Positions 1 to 7,860 of a DNA stretch of 28,191 nucleotides are shown one piece after another. The position numbers were made by a program, and so were the translations under genes. Each line of letters begins with the position of its first letter. Positions within the stretch are counted from its first letter, which is position 1. The DNA is from a bacterium (GTDB lineage Bacteria > Hinthialibacterota > Hinthialibacteria > Hinthialibacterales > Hinthialibacteraceae), in contig JBHGBC010000073.1 in assembly GCA_041946805.1 (NCBI GenBank), positions 1 to 28,191 of the forward strand, in the 5' to 3' direction. A model generated the notes under the pieces. That model was not told where the DNA came from. It worked only from the letters and a program-made list of their open reading frames with translations, and ran no database searches.

Positions 1-134
1 AGCTGGGCGTTGAGAAAGTTGGGCACGGCGATGGCCGCCAAAATGCCGATAATCGCCACCACGATCAGCAATTCGATCAGCGTGAAGGAATATCTCGGCG
101 GTTCCGGTCTTCGGTTCATCCAGAAGACTGTCAT
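1..134 (-). CDS. Prepilin-type N-terminal cleavage/methylation domain protein (5' part only; runs off the window edge)
   Basis: Not in the ORF track. The reverse complement reads MTVFWMNRRPEPPRYS|FTLIELLIVVAIIGILAAIAVPNFLNAQ..., the same helix as the two plus-strand paralogs. A strong RBS GGAGGTGA (146..139) precedes the ATG at 134. Confidence 0.9.
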   Translation of the reverse strand, partial: MTVFWMNRRPEPPRYSFTLIELLIVVAIIGILAAIAVPNFLNAQ

Positions 135-589
135 GGTCTCACCTCCCGGCCCGGCAGGATGGATTCAAAACTACTCCTGTTTTGGAGGGTTTTCCAGGAT
201 GGATGAAAGACGCGATCCATGTCATTGAATTATGACGTGTTGCCTTTGAAGGACCGGCAACCGGTCGCCTTCTCCTCGGGATGAGGTTAAGAAGGTTGGT
301 CCAGCCTCCGGGGGAACCGTTTCCCTCCCGTCAGCATGCGGAATCCCTTGGCCCGGTGGGAGCCTCGCCTTCCCCGGGGGGATCGAGGACCTAGGGGGAA
401 ATTCTCTCAGGCCGCACTGGATGGAATGACGAGTGCGGCGTTGTGAAAATGTGCTCTCCTGCTGGAAGAGACCCTATCCGTTGTAAATAGTTGCAAAAAG
501 ATTGCTTATAGAAAAAATACAAACAAAAGGACGAGTAAAATGGCATTGATTTGGGCGGAAAAGCGTGAGTGGACTTCTTGCCGCTGTGA

Positions 590-619
590 TTGACAAAAGA
601 TATTCGAAGGATGTAGCAT
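590..619 (+). promoter_or_regulatory. Putative sigma70 promoter of the pilin-pilin-CBM unit
   Basis: TTGACA (590-595), 18-nt spacer, TAGCAT (614-619) in an AT-rich tract about 70 nt before the ATG at 692. The palindrome TCCATCGATGGA (624-635) overlaps the predicted +1. Confidence 0.55.
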
Positions 620-691
620 TCCATCCATCGATGGACTTTTTTTAAAGTCTGTTCATGTGGATGAATATTCCTGGGATAGGAGAGATTCATT

Positions 692-1288
692 ATGGGAAAG
701 ACAGGTTTCACGCTTATCGAATTATTGATCGTCGTCGCGATCATCGGCATCCTGGCGGCTATCGCTGTGCCCAACTTCTTGAACGCCCAAACCCGCGCAC
801 AGCTCGCCCAGGTCCAATCGAATTTCAAGGCCCTGGCCGTGGCCTTCGAATCGTACCATGTGGATTACGGCTGCTATGCCCTGCATGATCCTCCCCACAT
901 GTACAATGTTTATAAAAACGCATTAACCACACCGGTTGCGTATATCGCCCGCATCCCGGTCGATATTTTCCAAACCGCCAAGCTGGCTCAGACCACCAAT
1001 TTGTCCACCTACGGAAAATTCGAACTGCATCCGGAACCTTTCTACACCAACAGCGCGGGGGCCTACGGGGCCGCGGGATTGGACCAGATCCCGGCCCGGG
1101 GCAGCGGGAACGACCTGTCGTTGCGGTTCATCCAAGATACCGAACAATATCAAAAAGCCCAAAGCATGTGGCCGGAAGGGCGGTATGTCGTCAGCGTCGG
1201 GCCGGATGGGCTTCATACGTATCCCGGTGTCTACAACCTCACGAACGGATTGCGCAGTTATGGGGATATGATCAAAGTGCTCCCCTGA
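692..1288 (+). CDS. Type IV pilin / GspG-like prepilin-type protein (paralog 1), 198 aa
   Basis: Class III signal MGKTG|FTLIELLIVVAIIGILAAIAVPNF with E5; LTTPVAY..P.D.F and C-terminal SVGPDG...YNLTNGLRSYGD motifs; RBS AGGAG upstream. Confidence 0.92.
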   Translation: MGKTGFTLIELLIVVAIIGILAAIAVPNFLNAQTRAQLAQVQSNFKALAVAFESYHVDYGCYALHDPPHMYNVYKNALTTPVAYIARIPVDIFQTAKLAQTTNLSTYGKFELHPEPFYTNSAGAYGAAGLDQIPARGSGNDLSLRFIQDTEQYQKAQSMWPEGRYVVSVGPDGLHTYPGVYNLTNGLRSYGDMIKVLP

Positions 1289-1382
1289 GACGAAGCCTTG
1301 ACAACCCAGAGGAGGTGGTTGATCGAGATAACCGCAATACCCCAACGTGGAAAGGTCACATCACTGAGAGAAGGAGTTGTTA

Positions 1383-1982
1383 ATGTTTCAAAAAGGTTTC
1401 ACGCTGATCGAATTGTTGATCGTCGTGGCGATCATCGGCATCCTGGCGGCGATCGCCGTGCCGAACTTCTTGAACGCCCAAACCCGGGCGAAGCTGGCGC
1501 AGGTGCAATCGAATTTCAAGGCGCTGGCCACGGCGTTCGAGTCGTATCACGTGGACTACGGCTGCTACGCCCTGCATGACCCCCCTCATAATTTCAATGT
1601 CTACAAAAACGCCTTGACCACGCCGGTTTCGTATATCGCCCGAATGCCGGATGATATTTTCCAAGTGGGAAACAAGGCCCTGCCCTTCCAGATGTCCGCG
1701 TACGGAAAATTCGAACTGCATCCCGAACCGCTTTACTCGATTGGCGGGGGCGGTTCCTGGGGCGCGGGCGGATTGGATAAAATCCCGGCCCGGGGCAGCA
1801 GCGACGACCTGACGCTGCGGTTCATTCAAGACGCCGAACAGTATCAGAAAGGCCAAAGCTTATGGCCCAACGGCCGGTACGTGGTCAGCGTCGGACCGGA
1901 CGGCGTGCATACGGCGCCCGGCGTCTACAACATCACCAACGGGTTGCGCAGCTACGGGGATATGATCCGGGTGCTTCCCTGA
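1383..1982 (+). CDS. Type IV pilin / GspG-like prepilin-type protein (paralog 2), 199 aa
   Basis: MFQKG|FTLIELLIVVAIIGILAAIAVPNF; about 80% aa identity to 692..1288 by manual alignment. RBS AAGGAG favours ATG 1383 over the track's 1377. Confidence 0.92.
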   Translation: MFQKGFTLIELLIVVAIIGILAAIAVPNFLNAQTRAKLAQVQSNFKALATAFESYHVDYGCYALHDPPHNFNVYKNALTTPVSYIARMPDDIFQVGNKALPFQMSAYGKFELHPEPLYSIGGGGSWGAGGLDKIPARGSSDDLTLRFIQDAEQYQKGQSLWPNGRYVVSVGPDGVHTAPGVYNITNGLRSYGDMIRVLP

Positions 1983-2083
1983 GTCCAGCTCCCCGGAGCC
2001 CATCGGGGGGGCAGGAAAACGGGAGGGTCCCCCCGGTCTTTCCGCAACACTGGATTTTCATCCTCAGCCAAGGAAGGGGTAAA

Positions 2084-3829
2084 ATGATGGACAAGCGGTT
2101 GGGAATTTTAGTAGGATGCCTTTTGCTTTTGGGAATCCCGGCGTGGTCCTGGGAATTCAACACGGATGGGGACCGGGAAGGATGGACCAGCGGGCAACAA
2201 CTGACCGGCGTGGCTCAGGGTGGCAACCTGGTTCTCACCGTGAACGCCGGCGCGACCGATCCCTTCGTGGTGGGGCCGGCGGGGCCGTTCAACGGGGATG
2301 TCATCACGGGCGTGGAATTCCGGATCCGGTTCTCCCAGGAAATCACCAGCACGGCCGGCGCCGCGATGTATTTCTTCCCGTCCGCCGGTTCGCATGGGAG
2401 TTACGATTACGGACAGCACCTGATCGATCCGCTCGGCTGGAATATCGTGTATATCGATTTCCTCAGCCAGCCAAAGGGGGGAGACAGCCCGAGTGATTGG
2501 TTCGGGGAAATCAACAACATCCGTCTGGATTTTATCCAGGGACTCCCCGACTCGTACACCGTGGAGATTGACTGGATCCGCTTCGTGGACTACCCGGTCC
2601 AGAACAGTGTTTTTGAGTATGGCTACCTGGATCCCTGGAAAGTGGAAGGCCAGGGAACCATCGATTCGTTCCAAGTCACGGGAGACCAATTTTTCGGCGG
2701 CTTGAGCTGCGTGGCGGTGACCGGCCTGGGCAGCGACCAATATCATGCGTTGTCCCAGGATATCACCGATGGATTGACCTTGAAAAAGGGCCAGATTGTG
2801 TCCGTCATGGGCGCGGTGAAAATCCCCAAGGACTCCTGGGACGCCAATTCCGCGTTGTGGTTCCGGATCCGGGAATACGATGGAACCAACGAAAACCTCA
2901 GCCCCGTGACCGAGGTCCCGGTGTTCGATGAATGGTTCCCGTTCCAAAGCCAGTTGGCCCTGGCCTACGAACCCGCCCAACGCAAGGAACTCAAGGTCCA
3001 GCTGTATTCCAAGAATCCGTCCGGCAAGGTGTTTTATTTCGATGACATCTTTGTCGAAGTGCAGGCGGCCCCGATTCCGGTCATCGAGAATCCCGGTTGG
3101 CCGGTCAACGCGGTCAAACTCGCCGCCGGGCAAACCATCACCATCGACGGCAACGTCAGCGCCGCCGAATACGAGGGCGCGCAGGCCCTGGTGATGAACG
3201 CGGATACGTACAAGGGAATCCCGGATCCTTACTTCCCGCAATACAACCATAATGGCGCTCTGTTGACCGCGGGCATGGCGGATGTCACGCCGCTCGACGA
3301 CTTCAACGGGACCTACTATTTCATGTGGGACGATCAGTTCTTCTACGCCGCCGTCTCGGCCGTGGATGACAATTATTCCTTCGTGGGTCCCGATCCGAAC
3401 GGCTCCGATGCCCTGCAATTCGTGTTCGCCGTGAGTCCGGATGTGAAGGACATCACGGCCATGTACATTCCCACCATCGCCCCGGAAGACGCGGAAGGGA
3501 ACCTTTTGGCCAAGAACGATTTTGCCGGCTGGCTCGCCATCGATATCATGGGCGTCTCCAGCGTGGCCGGGAAAGTCAATCCCGACACCAGCGACTGGAC
3601 CGTGGAGGTGAAAATCCCCTGGAACTCCATGACCGATTTCACCACCCCCGTGTTCCCACCCAAAAGCGGAGATATGGTGGGATTCGTGGTCCTCGCCATC
3701 GACTATGACAATGGGACCCTGGAATGGTTCAGTTGCAACGAGTCCACCTTCCCTTGGAACGGCGAGGGCGTCGAGCGGATGCACTTCATCGAGCGCGGGA
3801 CGGGCGTGGATCAATGGCCGCTTCATTGA
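2084..3829 (+). CDS. Secreted multi-domain carbohydrate-binding protein (beta-sandwich + CBM4/9-like + CBM9/DOMON-like), 581 aa
   Basis: ATG 2084/2087 after AAGGAAGGGG; Sec signal MMDKRLGILVGCLLLLGIPAWS|WEF. Domain 1 WEFNTDGDREGW...VEIDWIRF; domain 2 NSVFE..LDPW...FYFDDI; domain 3 ITIDG...MWDDQFFYAAV..VDD...DALQF...VEVKIPW...GDMVGF...IDYD. No hydrolase catalytic domain is recognisable. Confidence 0.75.
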   Translation: MMDKRLGILVGCLLLLGIPAWSWEFNTDGDREGWTSGQQLTGVAQGGNLVLTVNAGATDPFVVGPAGPFNGDVITGVEFRIRFSQEITSTAGAAMYFFPSAGSHGSYDYGQHLIDPLGWNIVYIDFLSQPKGGDSPSDWFGEINNIRLDFIQGLPDSYTVEIDWIRFVDYPVQNSVFEYGYLDPWKVEGQGTIDSFQVTGDQFFGGLSCVAVTGLGSDQYHALSQDITDGLTLKKGQIVSVMGAVKIPKDSWDANSALWFRIREYDGTNENLSPVTEVPVFDEWFPFQSQLALAYEPAQRKELKVQLYSKNPSGKVFYFDDIFVEVQAAPIPVIENPGWPVNAVKLAAGQTITIDGNVSAAEYEGAQALVMNADTYKGIPDPYFPQYNHNGALLTAGMADVTPLDDFNGTYYFMWDDQFFYAAVSAVDDNYSFVGPDPNGSDALQFVFAVSPDVKDITAMYIPTIAPEDAEGNLLAKNDFAGWLAIDIMGVSSVAGKVNPDTSDWTVEVKIPWNSMTDFTTPVFPPKSGDMVGFVVLAIDYDNGTLEWFSCNESTFPWNGEGVERMHFIERGTGVDQWPLH

Positions 3830-3881
3830 GGCCACAGAATCGGGCGGTTTTCATTCCTGGCCGTTTGTTTTATCCAGTTCG

Positions 3882-3919
3882 ATCCGCCTGCTTGGTACTC
3901 CGAGCGGGCGGATTTTTTT
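3882..3919 (+). terminator. Intrinsic terminator after the pilin-pilin-CBM genes
   Basis: 14-bp stem ATCCGCCTGCTTGG / CCGAGCGGGCGGAT (two G-U pairs), loop TACT, followed by a T-run. Confidence 0.8.
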
Positions 3920-3975
3920 AATCTCAACCGGCGGGATGACATCTCCGCGATCTATGGAAATTCTAAAAAAGCGCC

Positions 3976-4004
3976 GTGCAGACGTCCTGCCTGCATTCAA
4001 TCCC
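3976..4004. repeat. REP-like palindrome family A (GTGCAGRCRTCCTGCCTGCA)
   Basis: 24/29 identical to 13336..13364; core also at 28149..28168 and a degenerate inverted copy near 13746..13770. Confidence 0.6.
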
Positions 4005-4108
4005 GCCGAGAATAAAATCCGCACCCATGACGGGAGTTCACCTCGATTTTCCTTTGGTGATTTTCTATAGTGAGACGGAATAAACCAACAGGAAACGAGG
4101 ATTCGGAT

Positions 4109-4975
4109 ATGTACTCACTACGATTGAAAAGACGAAAAACCATCCGCCGTTTCACCCCCAAGATCCTTTTGTGGGGGAGTTTGTTTCTCCTCGCCGTGGG
4201 ATCCGCAGCCCAAGCCGCCGAAGTCTCCGCTCCCGCCGTGGCGGTTTCCGCCCACCGGGGCGCGAACGACGTGGCCCCCGAGAACACCCTGGCGGCCTAC
4301 CGCGCGGCCATCGATCTGGGCGCGGATTTCATTGAAATCGACATTCATATGACTAAGGACGGGCAATTGGTCAGCATTCATGACTCCACCCTGGACCGAA
4401 CCACGGACGGAAAAGGCCCGGTGCGGGAGATTACCTTCGAAGCATTACGGAAACTCTCGGCGGGGCGCTGGTTCGGCGAGGCGTTCGCCGGGGAAAAAGT
4501 GCCCACGCTGGAGGAGATCTGCCGCCTGGTGCGTGAACGCCATGGCCCCAAGGGGCAAGTGGCCCTCTATTTCGATTGGAAAGACGCCGACGCGCAACCC
4601 TGGATCGAGATGCTGCGGAAATACGATCTCCTGAAAACCACGGTGGTGTACGGATCGGCGGACGGGCTGGCCCCGCTGAAGAAATTGGCGCCCGAATTGA
4701 AATTGATGCCCGGCCTGGGCTCGCCGGAACCACTCGACGCCATCGCGGACAAAGTCCAGCCTTACGCCTTCGACGCCGCGTGGCGCATCCTCTCGCCCGA
4801 ACTGATCCAACGGGCGCACGCGCGGGGTATTAAAGTCTTTTCGGATGCGATGGGCGGCCACGAAACCGAGGCGGATTACCTCCAGGCCATCGCCTGGGGC
4901 ATCGACTTGATCCAGACGGATCATGTCCAAAACGTGCTGAAGGCGATCGAATTGAGCAAAACCCGGCGGAAGTGA
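4109..4975 (+). CDS. Glycerophosphodiester phosphodiesterase (GDPD, UgpQ/GlpQ family), probably secreted
   Basis: SAHRGA..APENTLAAY..AI.LGADFIEIDIH.TKDG.LV.IHD.TLDRTT, VPTLEE and GIDLIQTD motifs; N-terminal basic + hydrophobic signal ending AAQA. ATG 4109 follows GAGGA; the track's GTG 4070 is an alternative start. Confidence 0.92.
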   Translation: MYSLRLKRRKTIRRFTPKILLWGSLFLLAVGSAAQAAEVSAPAVAVSAHRGANDVAPENTLAAYRAAIDLGADFIEIDIHMTKDGQLVSIHDSTLDRTTDGKGPVREITFEALRKLSAGRWFGEAFAGEKVPTLEEICRLVRERHGPKGQVALYFDWKDADAQPWIEMLRKYDLLKTTVVYGSADGLAPLKKLAPELKLMPGLGSPEPLDAIADKVQPYAFDAAWRILSPELIQRAHARGIKVFSDAMGGHETEADYLQAIAWGIDLIQTDHVQNVLKAIELSKTRRK

Positions 4976-4988
4976 TGCGGCCGGAGCT

Positions 4989-5024
4989 TTCCCTCACCCT
5001 GGCCCTCTCCCACGGGGAGAGGGA
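4989..5024 (+). repeat. REP-like palindrome family B (CCCTCACCCTGGCCCTCTCCC-nnn-GGGAGAGGG)
   Basis: Hairpin-forming; inverted copy at 5214..5249 (31/36 identical); partial copy at 9026..9048. Confidence 0.8.
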
Positions 5025-5213
5025 GCGGAAATAGAACGAAATCAAGTACCGGAACGGCGCCTGGGATAATCAGATCTATCAGTTGGTTCTTATCCAATGA
5101 ACTATCACGCCTTCGTTGAGTCGGATAGGGTTAGTATGGAAAAGAACGGAATATGCGAGGCGGGATTATTTCCTGCGCAAGTGGCTGCCCACAAGAACTG
5201 GTCTAAAAACCCT

Positions 5214-5249
5214 TCCCTCTCCCGCGGGGAAAGGGTCAGGGTGAGGGAA
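5214..5249 (-). repeat. REP-like palindrome family B, inverted copy
   Basis: Reverse complement TTCCCTCACCCTGACCCTTTCCCCGCGGGAGAGGGA matches 4989..5024. Confidence 0.8.
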
Positions 5250-5341
5250 GTTCCTTCCACCGCGCTTCCACCTCCCAGACGGCGCAAGATCGCCATGTAA
5301 TTTTTTGAAAATTCATTTTCCTGATATACTGGGAGTCTCTC

Positions 5342-6490
5342 ATGCCATCCTCCATCCCCCCCAAACCGTTTACCGTCCCCTGGCCTTATACCGGCGCGGT
5401 GTATGGCCGCGAGGAAGAAGAGATCCTGACCCAGCTGATCCGCGACGCGGCGGAGAAGCGCCGCCCCCTCGACCGCCGTTCGCCGGAAATCGAGGAGTTC
5501 GAGGAGCAATTCGCCGCGTACATCGGCGTCGATCACGCGGTCTCGGTGAGTTCGGGGGGAACCGCCCTCGATCTGGCCACCCGGCTGCTGAAGCTCGGGC
5601 CGGGCGACGAAGTGCTGGTGACCGCCCTGACGTTCAAGGCGACTGTCCTGCCTCTTGTCTTCGCCGGGGCGCGGCCGGTCCCGGTGGATATCGAATACGA
5701 GAGTATGAACGTCAACCTGGCGCGTCTCGAGGCGCAAATCACGCCCCGGACCAAGGCCCTTTACGTCATCGATTACGCCGGCCTGCCGCTCGACCCGGAG
5801 GCGGTCATGGCCATCGGACGCGAGCATAACATACCCGTATTGGATGATGCGGCCCACGCGCCGGGAGCGGCGTATCGCGGGGTGAAGACCGGTTCGTGGG
5901 CGGACATCACCTGTTTCAGTTTCCAATCCCAAAAGAACATCAGCACGCTCGGCGAGGGCGGCATGATCACCACGCCCCACGCCGAACTGGCCGGACGGGC
6001 GCGCGCCTTGCGCAATTACGATGATGAAGTGGAGCCCGGGACCAACTACCGCCTTTCCGCCGCGCAGTGCGCCGTGGGTCTGGCGCAACTCCAGCGCCTC
6101 GACACCGTCAACGAACAGCGCCGCCGCGCCGGCCGCCGCATGTCCGCCGCGTTGCGGGACATCCCCGGCCTGGTGACTCCCTGCGAACCGGAAGGGGTGA
6201 CCCACGTGTATCACATGTACCCCTGCCGCGTGGACGAGACCGTGTTCGGGCCGGTCCGCGACCGGGTGCGGAAGCGGTTGCATGACGAGCATGGGATCGA
6301 AACGTCGTTTCAATATCCCCCGTGGTACACGTTTCCCGTTATCCGCGACGCGCTCGGAGAATTCGAAACGTGTCCGGTGATGGACCGCGTGGCCCGCGAG
6401 TTGTTCGGCTTGCCGATTTTCCCGGGATACTCCGATGACGAAGTGGATTACATTGTCGATTCCGTCCGCCACGTGCTGACCACCCTGTGA
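5342..6490 (+). CDS. DegT/DnrJ/EryC1/StrS-family PLP-dependent sugar/cyclitol aminotransferase
   Basis: FEEQFAAYIG..HAVSVSSGG.AL, LGPGDEVLV, ITPRTKA, VLDDAAHA.GA, catalytic Lys in FSFQSQKNISTLGEGG, NYRLS, HVYHMY. Confidence 0.93.
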   Translation: MPSSIPPKPFTVPWPYTGAVYGREEEEILTQLIRDAAEKRRPLDRRSPEIEEFEEQFAAYIGVDHAVSVSSGGTALDLATRLLKLGPGDEVLVTALTFKATVLPLVFAGARPVPVDIEYESMNVNLARLEAQITPRTKALYVIDYAGLPLDPEAVMAIGREHNIPVLDDAAHAPGAAYRGVKTGSWADITCFSFQSQKNISTLGEGGMITTPHAELAGRARALRNYDDEVEPGTNYRLSAAQCAVGLAQLQRLDTVNEQRRRAGRRMSAALRDIPGLVTPCEPEGVTHVYHMYPCRVDETVFGPVRDRVRKRLHDEHGIETSFQYPPWYTFPVIRDALGEFETCPVMDRVARELFGLPIFPGYSDDEVDYIVDSVRHVLTTL

Positions 6491-6510
6491 AACCTTGGAA
6501 GAAGGTATCC

Positions 6511-7848
6511 ATGGCCGCCCTATCCGATCCAATCACATCATCGGCATCCGCGCTTCCCCCGCTGTCACGGGACCAATCCCTCTGGCGATGGAAGATTCTG
6601 ATCGCGACCTACTCCAGCTACGCCGGCTATTATCTCTGCCGCAAAGCCTATTCGATCTGCAAAAAGAGCATCGGTGAGGAATTCAGTTTGAGCGCCACTG
6701 AACTGGCGCACATCTGGACCGCGTTTTTGATCGCCTACATGGCCGGACAGTTTCTCAACGGCCTGCTGGGGCGCAAACTCGGCCCGCGTCTGTTGTTGCT
6801 GTTGGGCATGGGCATCTCCCTCGGCTGCAACGTCGTGTTCGGCTTTTCCAACAATTACGGTACCTTCATCGGCTTCATGATCCTCAACGGCCTGGCCCAG
6901 GCCAGCGGCTGGCCCGGCAACGTCGGCGGCATCGCGCATTGGATCCGCCAGGAGGAACGCGGCTGGATCATGGGCGTCTGGTCCACCAACTACTTGGCCG
7001 GGAACCTCTTGGTCAAGATGGTGGCGGGCTTCATGCTGGGCTGGCTCGGGTGGCGGAGCGCGTTCTGGGCCTGTTCGGCGGGAATGGGACTGATCTGGCT
7101 TATGTTTTTTTTCTTCCACCGGAACCGGCCAGAAGACGCAGGACTGGCGCCGATCGTCATCCGGGAAGAGACCGCTGAAGAATCGGCCGCCGCGCGGGAA
7201 CCAACGCCCCTTGCGGGATTTTTGCGCGTGCTCGGCAATCCCACGATTGTCCTGATGGGACTGACCTATTTTTCGCTCAAGTTTCTGCGGTATTCGCTCG
7301 ATTCCTGGCTGCCCTTCTTCCTCTCGCAGAGCCAATTTCAGCTGCGGGGGGATCAGGCGGCCTATTATTCGGCCATCTTCGACGGGGCGGGCTTCGCCGG
7401 GGTGATCCTCGCGGGCTGGGCCTTGGACAAGATGTTTAAGGGAAACTGGCGGATGCTGTGCCTGATCATGACCGCCGGCATGACCCTTTCGTATGTCCTT
7501 GTGATCCGATACGGAGCGTTCAGCCCGTTGCTGCTGGCTTGCCTCTACGGGCTGGTGGGCTTCATGCTGTACGGGCCGGACAGCATCCTCAACGGAGCCG
7601 GCGCGGTCGCCACCGCCGGCCGGTATGACGCCCTCACCGCCGTGGGGATCATTAACGGGATTGGCAGCATCGGCCCCATCGTGCAGGAAGAAGTCATCGG
7701 GCGGCTGTATGACCGTTCCCAGAGCCTGGAACCGTTTCAATGGCTGAGTGTGTATATCAGCCTGCTGGTGACCGTCATGCTGCTACTACTGGTCGTTTTG
7801 GCGCGGTGGAGAGACCGGAATGCAAATCCGTCCGTTCCTTCAGAATGA
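6511..7848 (+). CDS. MFS transporter, organophosphate:Pi antiporter (GlpT/UhpT/UhpC-like) family
   Basis: YAGYYLCRK, LNGLAQASGWP, W..EERG..MGVWST, RNRPEDAGL, KFLRYSL.SWLP, GFMLYGPDS, GIINGIGSIG; about 12 hydrophobic segments. ATG 6511 has an RBS (GAAGG); GTG 6487 overlapping the upstream stop is an alternative. Confidence 0.9.
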   Translation: MAALSDPITSSASALPPLSRDQSLWRWKILIATYSSYAGYYLCRKAYSICKKSIGEEFSLSATELAHIWTAFLIAYMAGQFLNGLLGRKLGPRLLLLLGMGISLGCNVVFGFSNNYGTFIGFMILNGLAQASGWPGNVGGIAHWIRQEERGWIMGVWSTNYLAGNLLVKMVAGFMLGWLGWRSAFWACSAGMGLIWLMFFFFHRNRPEDAGLAPIVIREETAEESAAAREPTPLAGFLRVLGNPTIVLMGLTYFSLKFLRYSLDSWLPFFLSQSQFQLRGDQAAYYSAIFDGAGFAGVILAGWALDKMFKGNWRMLCLIMTAGMTLSYVLVIRYGAFSPLLLACLYGLVGFMLYGPDSILNGAGAVATAGRYDALTAVGIINGIGSIGPIVQEEVIGRLYDRSQSLEPFQWLSVYISLLVTVMLLLLVVLARWRDRNANPSVPSE

Positions 7849-7860
7849 AAGGATTAATTC

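Noticed and set aside
305..412. c-di-AMP (ydaO) or glycine riboswitch suggested by CGGGGGAACC, CCCGTCAGC and CTCTCAGG
   Set aside because: The fragments are in the wrong order or spacing and other conserved elements (GGGGTGAATC; GGAGA...CCGAAG) are missing.
541..556. Sigma54 -24/-12 promoters (TGGCAT.. at 541; also TGGACACGCTTTTTGC at 13001 and TGGCAC at 27931)
   Set aside because: The strict GG-N10-GC spacing is not met at any of these sites.
692..1982. Diversity-generating retroelement TR/VR pair explaining the two similar pilin genes
   Set aside because: Differences are not adenine-specific and include many synonymous changes, both copies are full ORFs with RBS, and no reverse transcriptase is present.
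1862..2083. N-terminal extensions in the ORF track (1862 for the CBM protein; 18437 for the ABC ATPase; 24678 for plsC)
   Set aside because: They overlap upstream genes; downstream ATGs with an RBS, signal peptide or family-typical start fit better.
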